Of a DNA stretch of 32,000 nucleotides, positions 1 to 7,836 are shown one piece after another. The DNA comes from Longivirga aurantiaca (GTDB lineage Bacteria > Actinomycetota > Actinomycetes > S36-B12 > CAIYMF01). Each line of letters opens with the position of its first letter. The first letter of the stretch is position 1. The notes beneath the pieces are model-generated. The model saw only the letters and a list, made by a program, of their open reading frames with translations. It ran no database searches and was not told the DNA's origin. The DNA is taken from assembly GCF_042660085.1 (NCBI RefSeq), contig NZ_JBHSTI010000008.1:1239876-1271875 (forward strand). The letters run 5' to 3'. Made by a program: the position numbers and the translations under genes.

Positions 1-7
1 GCATCCC

Positions 8-766
8 TCAGGCGAGCACGGACGAGACCGCGCGGTTCGCGACCGACAGGCTCGTCCACGTCCGCAGCCGCAGCTGCCCGACCTGCGCGTCGTCGATCCG
101 GTCGCACACCCAGTCCCAGTGCAGGGAGCACCAGTCGCCGACGGCGAGGGGACGGGCGAGCGCGGCCCCGTCGAGGGAGGTGATCACCCGCTCGACGCGC
201 TCCGGCCCGAGCGCGAGCCGGCGACCGTCCCACACCAGCGGCTGGGACGTCACGTCGGCGCAGCCGACGCCGAGAGCCTCGACGCGTCCCCAACGGATGC
301 GGCACCGGTCCAGCACGCGGAGCGGCGCGTCGACGACGCCCGTCCTGAGCAGCCCCACGAAGGGGTAGACGCCCAGGACGTGGAAGCTGTGGTGCGGCTG
401 CGCACCCCGGATCGCGGCGTCGGCCAGGGGCGACCAGGCACGGCCGAGGCGAGGGCGGAAGCGCTCCTCGAGCGAGCCGGCCATGAGGTGGAGAGGCACG
501 TGGTCCAGCAGGCTGTTGCCGATCCAGTACGCCTCCACCACATCGGCGTCGCACGGGTCTGCGATCCCGTTGGCGTGAGCGATGAGCTCGAGGTACGGCC
601 AGGCGCCCTCGAACGTGCGCAGCGTGGCGCGCAGGTCGCCGTCGACGGCGCCCGCGGCCGTGCGCCCCAGGAGCGCGGCGGGGTCGTCGGCACCGCAGTA
701 GCCCAGCTCGTTCGGCGGGTACGCGTACCGCGCGAACAGCAGCTCTCCGGGCACCCGACCGGTCAC
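8..766 (-). CDS. Conserved hypothetical protein (252 aa), Cys/His-rich, last visible gene of the hydrogenase operon. It may belong to an actinobacterial DUF family; I cannot confirm which.
   Basis: This is the C-terminal 252 codons of track ORF 8..1450. A GTG start at 766 overlaps the upstream DMT stop (GTGA, 4 nt). The 5' part of the track ORF is Arg/Gly-rich junk that overlaps the DMT gene. Sequence from VTGRVPGELLFARYAYPPNELGYCG onward looks like real protein and has high GC3. Confidence 0.7.
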   Translation of the reverse strand: MTGRVPGELLFARYAYPPNELGYCGADDPAALLGRTAAGAVDGDLRATLRTFEGAWPYLELIAHANGIADPCDADVVEAYWIGNSLLDHVPLHLMAGSLEERFRPRLGRAWSPLADAAIRGAQPHHSFHVLGVYPFVGLLRTGVVDAPLRVLDRCRIRWGRVEALGVGCADVTSQPLVWDGRRLALGPERVERVITSLDGAALARPLAVGDWCSLHWDWVCDRIDDAQVGQLRLRTWTSLSVANRAVSSVLA

Positions 767-1683
767 ACGGCCACCTCGCGCGTCCGCTGCCGCGCGGGCG
801 CCCACATCAGGGCGCCCCCGGCCAGCACGAGCAGCAGCCATCCCGTCTGCGGTGCGAGCGGGACGCCCTGGACGGCGGTGGCGAGCACGGCGGTTATCAC
901 CGCGCCGACGACGAGGATCGCCGTCACATCGACGGCCTGCGCGCGCGCCAGTGCGGCGAACCAGGTGGAGACGTAGCCGGCGAGGATCGCACCGGTGAGC
1001 AGGACCCAGCCCCACTGCGACGCCGACCACGACAGCACGGCGCCGAGCTCGCCCCGTGCGACGGACCACAGGATCAGCACGACGCTGCCGAGGCCCATCC
1101 GCGCGAGAGCGACAGTCCACGACGACAGGTCGGCCAGGAGCCGCTTGGCGAGCACGACCTCCACCGCCCAGAGCAGGGTCGCGCCGAGCACGAGCGCCTG
1201 GCCGGTGCCCACCAGGGCGGAGACGCCCCCGGCGAGACCCACCTGGCCCACGACGAGCAGCACGATGGCCAGCAGGTGCCAGACGCCGAGCCGCTCGCCC
1301 AGGATCGGGACGGCGAGCAGCGCCACCCAGATCAGCAGCGTCTTGTGGAGGAAGGCGGAGTTCGTGGAGGACGCCCGTGCCAGTCCTTCGAAGAAGAGCA
1401 CGAAGGCGACCGCGCCGCCCAGGACGCCCACGGCGGCCAGTCCCCACCACTGGGCCGCGCTCGTGGGCCGGGTGAGCGGCAGCCGTCCGCGGCGTCCGGC
1501 CGCGGCCCCGATCGTCGCGGCCAGGGCGAGCAGCACGACCAGCGACACGCCGTTCTTCGCCGTGGTGTACAGGGTCGCGTCGCCGACGGCCTTGACGCCG
1601 TACCCGTTGAGGAAGACGGCGAAGCCGCTGATCACGGCGGTGGCGAGGGCGAGGAGCAGCCCGGTGCTGCGGCGTTCGGTCAT
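763..1683 (-). CDS. EamA/DMT-superfamily membrane transporter (306 aa, about 10 TM segments)
   Basis: Taken from track ORF 763..1761, with the internal ATG at 1683 (MTERRSTGLLLALATAVISGFAVFLN...). It shows two repeated 5-TM halves typical of EamA. The ATGA overlap with the hypC stop (1680-1683) supports this start. Confidence 0.85.
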   Translation of the reverse strand: MTERRSTGLLLALATAVISGFAVFLNGYGVKAVGDATLYTTAKNGVSLVVLLALAATIGAAAGRRGRLPLTRPTSAAQWWGLAAVGVLGGAVAFVLFFEGLARASSTNSAFLHKTLLIWVALLAVPILGERLGVWHLLAIVLLVVGQVGLAGGVSALVGTGQALVLGATLLWAVEVVLAKRLLADLSSWTVALARMGLGSVVLILWSVARGELGAVLSWSASQWGWVLLTGAILAGYVSTWFAALARAQAVDVTAILVVGAVITAVLATAVQGVPLAPQTGWLLLVLAGGALMWAPARQRTREVAV

Positions 1684-1901
1684 GACGGCACCTCCGAGTC
1701 GCGGAGGCGGAGCGCCTCGTGCGCCTCGGACTCCGTGAGCCGCGCGAGCGCGAGCCCGCAATGGACGAGCAACCAGTCGCCGGTGGCGACCGGGTCGGTC
1801 AGCGTCAGCAGCGAGACCGACGTCTCGCGCTCCCCGCTACGGACGAGCACGGCGCCGTCGGCGGGGGGAGCCGCCACCTGGCACAGGGTCCCGAGGCACA
1901 T
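1680..1901 (-). CDS. hypC: HypC/HupF/HybG-family [NiFe]-hydrogenase maturation chaperone (73 aa)
   Basis: The N-terminal MCLG motif carries the essential Cys2, and the size is 73 aa. Its start shares 1 nt with the endopeptidase stop (TGATG). Its stop overlaps the DMT start (ATGA). Confidence 0.9.
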   Translation of the reverse strand: MCLGTLCQVAAPPADGAVLVRSGERETSVSLLTLTDPVATGDWLLVHCGLALARLTESEAHEALRLRDSEVPS

Positions 1902-2359
1902 CACCGACCACCGCCCCCGAGCGCATCGAGCGCAACTCGCGCAGCGTCGTCGGCTGCGCCCAGGACCGCGCTGGAGAGCCCGGCCCCGGCTGCCATGTCC
2001 TGCGCCTCGACGCCCACGATGACGAGCCGCGCGGGCAGCGTGCCCAGCGCCCGCGACAGCTCCACGGCGGCGGCGAGGCCGAGGGCATGGGTGCCGCCGG
2101 CGGACCAGCCGTCGCCGGGCAGGCGGTCGACCGCCACATCGAAGCACGCCACCGTGCCCGGCGATCCGTGCGAGACCATCGCGTCGACCACGACGGCGGA
2201 CTCGGCACCCGCCCACAGGTCGAGGAGCCCGGTCGGGTCGTCGGTCTCGGCCACCTCGACGCCGTCGAGGCCCTGCGCTGCGATCCGCCGGGCGACCTCG
2301 ACGCCGATCGCGTCGTCGCCGCGGGCGGCGTTGCCCAGGCCGATGATCAGGCCGGTCAC
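1901..2359 (-). CDS. Hydrogenase maturation endopeptidase (HycI/HoxW/FrhD-like, 152 aa)
   Basis: This is the C-terminal 152 codons of track ORF 1901..3871, starting [22 protein letters not shown]. The GxGN..xDD motif is typical of hydrogenase C-terminal proteases. The GTG start at 2359 overlaps the hyhL stop (GTGA). Confidence 0.85.
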   Translation of the reverse strand: MTGLIIGLGNAARGDDAIGVEVARRIAAQGLDGVEVAETDDPTGLLDLWAGAESAVVVDAMVSHGSPGTVACFDVAVDRLPGDGWSAGGTHALGLAAAVELSRALGTLPARLVIVGVEAQDMAAGAGLSSAVLGAADDAARVALDALGGGGR

Positions 2360-3663
2360 GACTCCTCCACGGTGAGGTCGAGGAAGTGGGTGGCGCAGGA
2401 GATGCAGGGGTCGTAGTTGCGGATCGCCTGCTCGCAGCGGTGGGCCAGGTCGTGCTGCGAGAGATGCAGGTGCTGCTGGGCGAACCGGCGCAGGTCCTCC
2501 TCCATGCTGACCAGGTTCTGCGACGTCGGGGGCACGATCACGGCGTCGAGGATGGTGCCGTCGGCCGCGAGCTCGTACCGGTGGAACAGGATCCCCCGAG
2601 GGGCCTCCGTCGCGCCGTGGCCCACCCCCGCCCGCGGCGGCACGTCGACGTGGGCGGCGGGAGAGCCTTCCCAGCCGTCGATGATCCGCAGGGCCTCCTC
2701 GAGCGCCTCGACGAGCTCCACGGCCCGCACGATGATCGAGCGGAACGGGTTGCGGCACTCCGGCCCGAGGCCCGCGGCGGACGCGGCCTCCCGCGCGACC
2801 CTGCCGAGACGATCGTGGTTGAGGGTGTAGCGGGCGAGCGGTCCGACGACGTAGCTGGTCCGGCCGTCGAGCCTCGCGTGCAGGGCGTTCGAGCGCTCGA
2901 CGTGCTCCTCGACCGCCGTCCCGGCGAACTCGGCGATGCCCATGGTGCGCCCACTGCTCGTGACGACCGAGCCGCCCTCGAGCGGGTAGCCGTGCGGGGA
3001 GCGCAGCGCGACGTACTCCTGGTCCTGCTCGAAGTCCGGGAACTCGAACCCGGCCACCCAGGCCACCGTGGCGAGCGCGTCGTCTCGGGCGCGCACGAGC
3101 TGCGGTCGCAGCGCACGCAGCTCGTCCCTGCCGGGCATCCGGTAGAAGCCGCCGACGCGCACGTTCACGGGGTGGACCGCGCGGCCGCCCACGAGAGCCA
3201 TGAGCGCGTTGCCGGCCTTCTTCAGCGACAGGCCCCGCTCGACCAGGGCGCGATGGTCGGCCGCCATCTCGACCGCGCCGTCGTAGCCCAGGAAGTCCGG
3301 CGCGTGCAGGAGGTAGATGTGCAGGGCGTGGCTCTCGATCCACTCGCCGCAGTAGAGCAGCCGTCGCATGACGCGGATCTCGTCCGGGACCACGACGCCG
3401 CAGGCGTCCTCGATCGCCAGGCAGGAGCTCATCTGATATGCCACGGGGCAGATCCCGCAGATGCGGGCGGTGATGTCCGGGGGCTCGGTCCAGGCCCGCC
3501 CCCGCAGGAACCCTTCGAAGAACCGAGGGGGCTCGAAGATGCGCAGCTCGACGTCCAGGACGGCGCCGTCGCTCACGACGACGCGCATCGCGCCCTCGCC
3601 CTCCACGCGGGCGAGCGGATCCGCGTGCAGGACGTGGTCGCCCGAGGTCAGCTTGTGCGTCAT
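2356..3663 (-). CDS. hyhL: [NiFe]-hydrogenase large (alpha) subunit, group 3b type (435 aa)
   Basis: The N-terminal Ni-binding motif [10 protein letters not shown] and the C-terminal DPCISCATH motif are both present. A 9-residue tail (FLDLTVEES) follows, consistent with protease processing. The short size (about 435 aa) and the beta/gamma diaphorase-type partner genes indicate group 3b. Confidence 0.92.
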   Translation of the reverse strand: MTHKLTSGDHVLHADPLARVEGEGAMRVVVSDGAVLDVELRIFEPPRFFEGFLRGRAWTEPPDITARICGICPVAYQMSSCLAIEDACGVVVPDEIRVMRRLLYCGEWIESHALHIYLLHAPDFLGYDGAVEMAADHRALVERGLSLKKAGNALMALVGGRAVHPVNVRVGGFYRMPGRDELRALRPQLVRARDDALATVAWVAGFEFPDFEQDQEYVALRSPHGYPLEGGSVVTSSGRTMGIAEFAGTAVEEHVERSNALHARLDGRTSYVVGPLARYTLNHDRLGRVAREAASAAGLGPECRNPFRSIIVRAVELVEALEEALRIIDGWEGSPAAHVDVPPRAGVGHGATEAPRGILFHRYELAADGTILDAVIVPPTSQNLVSMEEDLRRFAQQHLHLSQHDLAHRCEQAIRNYDPCISCATHFLDLTVEES

Positions 3664-4457
3664 GAGGGCACCGCCGTCCGATCCGCATCGTGCCGCCGGC
3701 TCTCGGCCTCGAACTCAGGAGCCCCCGACGCGAAGGTGCGGAAGACCCTGACCACGTCGCGCTCGGGCATCCCCAGCTCGACGAGCCGAGCCGCCAGCGG
3801 AGCCGTGTTGGCCGATTCCTGCGGGCCGAAGCATCCGTAGCAGCCGCGGAGGTACGCCGGGCAGAGCGCACCGCAGCCGGCCCGGGTCACCGGCCCCAGG
3901 CACGGGGTCCCGTGGGCCACGGCCACGCAGACGGCCCCTCGACGCTTGCACTCCACGCACACGCTGTGGGCGGCCGGGCGAGGGACCCTGCCCTGCACGA
4001 GCGCGGTCAGCACCTCGAGGAGCTGGTGGCGGTCCACCGGGCACCCGTGCAGCTCGAAGTCCACCGGGACGTGGTCGGCGATGGGGGTCGAGCGCTCGAG
4101 GGTGTCGATGTACTCGGGGTGCGCGTACACGATGGAGCGGTACTCGCGCACGTCCGCGAAGTTGCGCAGCGCCTGGATGCCGCCGCTCGTCGCGCAGGCG
4201 CCGAGGGTCACCAGCACGCGCGAGGCCTGCCGGATCTCCTGGATCCGCAGCGCATCCGACGGGGTGGTGACGGAGCCCTCGACCAGCGACACGTCGTACG
4301 GGCCGGCCACGGTGCCGCGCGTGGCCTCGGGGAAGTACGCGATCCGGACCGCCCCGGCGAGGGGGAGCAGCTCGTCCTCGCAGTTGAGGATCGTGAGCTG
4401 GCATCCATCGCACGACGCGAACTTCCACACGGCGAGGGTCGGAGCGTCGACCGGCAT
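3660..4457 (-). CDS. hyhS: [NiFe]-hydrogenase small (delta) subunit, group 3b type (265 aa)
   Basis: It has N-terminal CDGCQ and multiple further Cys clusters ([40 protein letters not shown]). There is no Tat signal, so it is cytosolic. Its stop overlaps the hyhL start (ATGA). Confidence 0.9.
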   Translation of the reverse strand: MPVDAPTLAVWKFASCDGCQLTILNCEDELLPLAGAVRIAYFPEATRGTVAGPYDVSLVEGSVTTPSDALRIQEIRQASRVLVTLGACATSGGIQALRNFADVREYRSIVYAHPEYIDTLERSTPIADHVPVDFELHGCPVDRHQLLEVLTALVQGRVPRPAAHSVCVECKRRGAVCVAVAHGTPCLGPVTRAGCGALCPAYLRGCYGCFGPQESANTAPLAARLVELGMPERDVVRVFRTFASGAPEFEAESRRHDADRTAVPS

Positions 4458-4458
4458 C

Positions 4459-5322
4459 TCACACCTCCCTGATCGCGATGAGGGGTGCGACGGCCGAGTA
4501 GGGCAGCACCGGGCCGTCGGTGCACACGAACAGCCCGCGCAGCTGGCAGTGACCGCACAGGCCCACGCCGCACTTCATGTTGCGCTCCATCGACACGCGG
4601 ATGCGGTCGGGCGCGACGCCGAGGTCGACGAGCGACCGCGACACGTAGCGGATCATCACCTCGGGGCCGCAGACGAGCGCGAGCGTGGACGCCGGGTCCA
4701 CCGGCGCACCGGCCAACAGCGACGTCACGAGGCCGACGCGGCCGGGCCAGTCGGGCGTGCCGTGGTCGACGATGGACTGGACGTCCACGCCCCGGGACGA
4801 CCACGCCTCGAGCTCGTCGGGGTAGAGCCGGTCGGTCGGGCTGCGTGCGCCGTACAGCACCACGGCGGAGCGGTAGTCGTCGCGGTGCGCGAGCAGGTCG
4901 AGCACCGCCGGCCGCAGTGGCGCGAGCCCGATGCCGCCGGCCACGACGAGTACGTCCCCGCCCCGGCCGTCCCCGACCCGCCACCCGGTGCCGTAGGGGC
5001 CGCGCACCTCGAGCACGTCGCCGACCTGCGCCTGAAGCAGCAGGTGGGTGGCCCCGCCGACGTCGCGCACCGTGTGCACCAGGAGGGGGGAGGCGGGGTC
5101 GCCGCTGATCGAGATGGGCACCTCGCCCGTGCCCAACCTGCCCAGCATCGTGAACTGGCCGGGCGTGAACAGGAGCGGGCGGCCGTCGAGCGGCTCGAGC
5201 ACGTAGGTCGCGGTGTCGGAGGTGTCCTGACGGCGCTGGCGCACGACGAACCGGCGCGGCTGCATGGGATCCGGGCCTCGAGCCGCGCGCGAGGCCTGAG
5301 CGGCATCAGCGACGGGAGGCAT
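4459..5322 (-). CDS. hyhG: Hydrogenase gamma subunit: FAD/NAD(P)-binding oxidoreductase with a C-terminal [2Fe-2S] motif (287 aa)
   Basis: The fold is FNR/PyrK-like (PGQFTML, GGIGLAPL), with C-terminal CGVGLCGHCQ. One nt separates its stop from the hyhS start. The start is uncertain: ATG at 5322 overlaps the upstream gene by 17 nt, and the alternative ATG at 5265 (MQPRRF) does not. Confidence 0.85.
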   Translation of the reverse strand: MPPVADAAQASRAARGPDPMQPRRFVVRQRRQDTSDTATYVLEPLDGRPLLFTPGQFTMLGRLGTGEVPISISGDPASPLLVHTVRDVGGATHLLLQAQVGDVLEVRGPYGTGWRVGDGRGGDVLVVAGGIGLAPLRPAVLDLLAHRDDYRSAVVLYGARSPTDRLYPDELEAWSSRGVDVQSIVDHGTPDWPGRVGLVTSLLAGAPVDPASTLALVCGPEVMIRYVSRSLVDLGVAPDRIRVSMERNMKCGVGLCGHCQLRGLFVCTDGPVLPYSAVAPLIAIREV

Positions 5323-5779
5323 CGGGTGTCCCGTACAGGTCGAGCAGCCGGACCCGGGCGGCCTGCAGCCGCGTGTGCAGCACCTGGGCGACGCGCAGCG
5401 TGAGCTCGTAGCCCAGGCGCGGATCCTCGTCGCAGGACCGCCGCAGGCAGGCGCCGTCGAACACCACGACCCCCGTGGGTGTCACCGCGCGCGCGTCGAA
5501 CTGCCAGCGGTGCGGAGGGACGAGCCACGACGAGCCGAGCACCTCGCCCTCCTCGACGGTCTCGACGACGACGGTGGCGCCAGCGGGCCGATGCGCCTCG
5601 ATGGCCACGCGCCCATGGCGCACGACGTAGAACGTGGTTGCGGCGTCGTCCTCGCGGAAGAGGTACTCGCCCGGGGCGAAGCGCCGGTTGGCCGCGCAGC
5701 CGGCCATGAGGGCGAGCGTCGCGTCGTCGAGGCCGACGAAGAACGGGTGCTCGGTGAGCAGCTGGTCGATGCCGCGCAT
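5306..5779 (-). CDS. Stand-alone cyclic-nucleotide-binding (CAP/CRP effector-domain-like) protein, 157 aa, no output domain
   Basis: Taken from the internal ATG of track ORF 5306..5929 ([29 protein letters not shown]...). This is a beta-roll cNMP-domain pattern with GE...R..A in [29 protein letters not shown] sits just upstream, and 1 nt separates it from the hyhB stop. Confidence 0.75.
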   Translation of the reverse strand: MRGIDQLLTEHPFFVGLDDATLALMAGCAANRRFAPGEYLFREDDAATTFYVVRHGRVAIEAHRPAGATVVVETVEEGEVLGSSWLVPPHRWQFDARAVTPTGVVVFDGACLRRSCDEDPRLGYELTLRVAQVLHTRLQAARVRLLDLYGTPDASRR

Positions 5780-5780
5780 G

Positions 5781-6953
5781 TCACTCCTCCGGATCGGGGT
5801 CGTCGACGCCGGGCGTCGCACGGATGGCAGCGACTTCCGCCGTGATGTCGATGGCCGCGGGGCACCAGGTGATGCAGCGACCGCACCCGACGCAGCCCGA
5901 CGATCCGAACTGGTCCCACCAGGCGGCAAGCTTGTGCGTGGCCCACTGGCGGTAGCGGGACTTCGTCGACTCGCGGACGTTGCCGGATTCGAGGTGGGTG
6001 AACTCGCCGGTGAAGCACGAGTCCCACACCCGCCAGCGCTCGCTGGAGCCGTCGACCAGCGAGGTGGAGTCGGTCACGGTGGTGCAGAAGCAGGTGGGGC
6101 AGACGAGCGTGCAGTTGCCGCAGGCGAAGCAGCGCTGCGCGACGTCCTCCCACCTGCTGTGGTCGGCGTTGGCGTAGAGGAGATCGCGCAGATCTGTCGT
6201 GTCGAGCTGCCTCCCCATCCGGGCGACGGCCTGGTCGACCACGGCGGCTGCGGCCGCGGCATCGGTGGCGGAGGCCTCGTTGGCGGGGCAGCGCTCGAGC
6301 AGCTCGGCGCCCCGGGCCGTGCCGACCCGCACCAGGAAGCGGTGGCCCGAGGCGTCGTCGATCTCGGTCAGCGCCAGGTCGAAGCCGGAGTCCGGGTCGG
6401 GCCCGGTCCCCATCGAGCTGCAGAAGCACGTCCCGCCCGGGTCCGAGCACGTCACTGCGACGACCAGGATCTGCTCCCGGCGCGCCGCGTAGTGGACGTC
6501 GACGGCGCTCCTGCCGAGTAGCACGGCGTCGTGCAACCCGATGGCGTGCAGGTCGCACGAGCGGACACCGACGAGGGCCAGCCGCGGCGCATCGATCACC
6601 GGCTGCGGCTCCGCTGCCCCGCCATCGTGTCCGGCCTGGGCGGCGTCCCCGGCGTCGGTCGAGCGGCGCAGGAGCTCGCGGGACGGGTAGAGCCACGGCT
6701 TCCACGACTGCGGTCCGACGGCGTAGCCGAAGACCGCGTCGTCGTCGCGGCGGGCGAGACGGTAGTGCGCCGGCTGCTGGTCGTCGGTGGTGCCGCGGGG
6801 CAGGTCGTCCAGGGAGCTGATCGGCGCGTGCACCACGACGTCGTCCACCAGCCGTGGGCCCAGAACCGTCCAGCCGTCAGCGCGCAGGAGGTCGATGAGG
6901 GTCGCCAGCCCCCCCAGGTCGATCGTCATCGTCATCGTCGTCGGGGTCGTCAT
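5781..6953 (-). CDS. hyhB: Hydrogenase beta subunit: 4Fe-4S dicluster protein, AsrA/HydB-like (390 aa)
   Basis: Ferredoxin-type motifs [16 protein letters not shown] and [12 protein letters not shown] are present, plus upstream Cys ([14 protein letters not shown]). GGAGG lies 4 nt before the ATG at 6953. This is the first gene of the operon. Confidence 0.87.
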   Translation of the reverse strand: MTTPTTMTMTIDLGGLATLIDLLRADGWTVLGPRLVDDVVVHAPISSLDDLPRGTTDDQQPAHYRLARRDDDAVFGYAVGPQSWKPWLYPSRELLRRSTDAGDAAQAGHDGGAAEPQPVIDAPRLALVGVRSCDLHAIGLHDAVLLGRSAVDVHYAARREQILVVAVTCSDPGGTCFCSSMGTGPDPDSGFDLALTEIDDASGHRFLVRVGTARGAELLERCPANEASATDAAAAAAVVDQAVARMGRQLDTTDLRDLLYANADHSRWEDVAQRCFACGNCTLVCPTCFCTTVTDSTSLVDGSSERWRVWDSCFTGEFTHLESGNVRESTKSRYRQWATHKLAAWWDQFGSSGCVGCGRCITWCPAAIDITAEVAAIRATPGVDDPDPEE

Positions 6954-6996
6954 GACGCCTCCGCAGTACGTACACCCAGCGTAGGCGTCGAGCGGC

Positions 6997-7019
6997 TCGA
7001 AGACGGGTCGAGAGACGGG
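6997..7019 (-). promoter_or_regulatory. Tandem direct repeat (TCGA-AGACGGG / TCGAG-AGACGGG, 12-bp register) upstream of hyhB. Candidate regulator binding site.
   Basis: AGACGGG occurs at 7001-7007 and 7013-7019, each preceded by TCGA(G). The repeats lie 45-65 nt upstream of the hyhB ATG in the only sizeable gap of the operon region. Confidence 0.25.
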
Positions 7020-7157
7020 ATGTGACGACGCTCGCTCCCGTGCGGCAGCCGCCCTCCGGCAGCGTGGCGGAGCGCCTGCGGCCTCATCGTGCCCGCGACC
7101 GCGAGCTCACCGCCGTCCACGGCGCTCGCACGGTTGCCGACTCTGACCTGGGTCGGC

Positions 7158-7721
7158 TCAGCTGACGGGCAGGTCGCCCCGTGCGGCAGCGGTGCCGCCG
7201 GTCGGCGAGCCGTCCGATCCGCTGGGGGTGCCGGCCTCGCTGCGCCGCAGCGGCCGGAGCACCAGGACCAGCACCACGACGAGGATCACGATGTCGAGTG
7301 CGATCGCCACGGCCGGTACCGGGATCAGCCACGCACCGCCCGCGAACCACAGCGCGTTGGCCACGAAGGCTGCCAGAGCCCACGGGCGATGCGTCGTCGG
7401 CGGCTGCTCGAGACGCGCGGAGCGCCAGGCGAGGCCGCCGAGCACCGTGCCCGCGACCAGGCCGAGGGCGACGGGCCCGATCGTGACGAGCGAGAGCCAG
7501 TTCTCCACGTCGTCCGGGACGTTCGACGAGGTGTAGCCGAGCGCCGACTGGATGGCGAGGCCCATGATCAACCCGGCGCTCAGCAATGCCGGCTGCAGGC
7601 ACCACAGCGCCCAGGACATCCGCAGCTTCCAGGCGCGGGGCCGACCGGGCGGCGTAGCCGAGAGCAGGATGATGAGGGCGACGGTGAGCGACCCGAGTGC
7701 GATGGTGATGACGTACAACAT
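7158..7721 (-). CDS. Hypothetical integral membrane protein (187 aa, 4-5 TM)
   Basis: GGAGG lies 5-6 nt upstream of the ATG at 7721. The protein has hydrophobic segments, high GC3 and a Gly/Ser/Pro-rich C-terminal tail. Confidence 0.75.
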   Translation of the reverse strand: MLYVITIALGSLTVALIILLSATPPGRPRAWKLRMSWALWCLQPALLSAGLIMGLAIQSALGYTSSNVPDDVENWLSLVTIGPVALGLVAGTVLGGLAWRSARLEQPPTTHRPWALAAFVANALWFAGGAWLIPVPAVAIALDIVILVVVLVLVLRPLRRSEAGTPSGSDGSPTGGTAAARGDLPVS

Positions 7722-7836
7722 GACGACCTCCTAGGCCGACGAATCCATCGTCCCACTCACCCGATCCGGAGGCTCGCCCGCGCGCCTCGCGATACGCGTG
7801 CCGTCAGACTGGTGGGACAACGGTCGGCGGGCGGTG

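Noticed and set aside
2360-3871. The N-terminal 500-aa extension of track ORF 1901..3871, and similar 5' extensions of ORFs 8..1450, 1680..2216, 5306..5929, 10343..12001, 12456..13304, 13076.., 16084..17112 and 22524..23462
   Set aside because: The extensions overlap neighbouring real genes in another frame and are Arg-rich filler. Internal starts give proper SD sequences or stop/start coupling and family-typical N-termini.
5265-5322. Whether hyhG starts at 5322 (overlapping the cNMP ORF by 17 nt) or at 5265
   Set aside because: This remains unresolved rather than rejected. Neither start has a strong SD. I report the longer version and flag the alternative. N-terminal proteomics or ortholog alignment would decide it.
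6954-7836. A DosR/DevR-type box (GGGAC-N-GTCCC dyad) upstream of the hydrogenase operon or the WS/DGAT gene
   Set aside because: Reading both intergenic regions by eye found only GGGA-N15-TCCC and isolated GTCCC words, with nothing resembling the 20-bp consensus.
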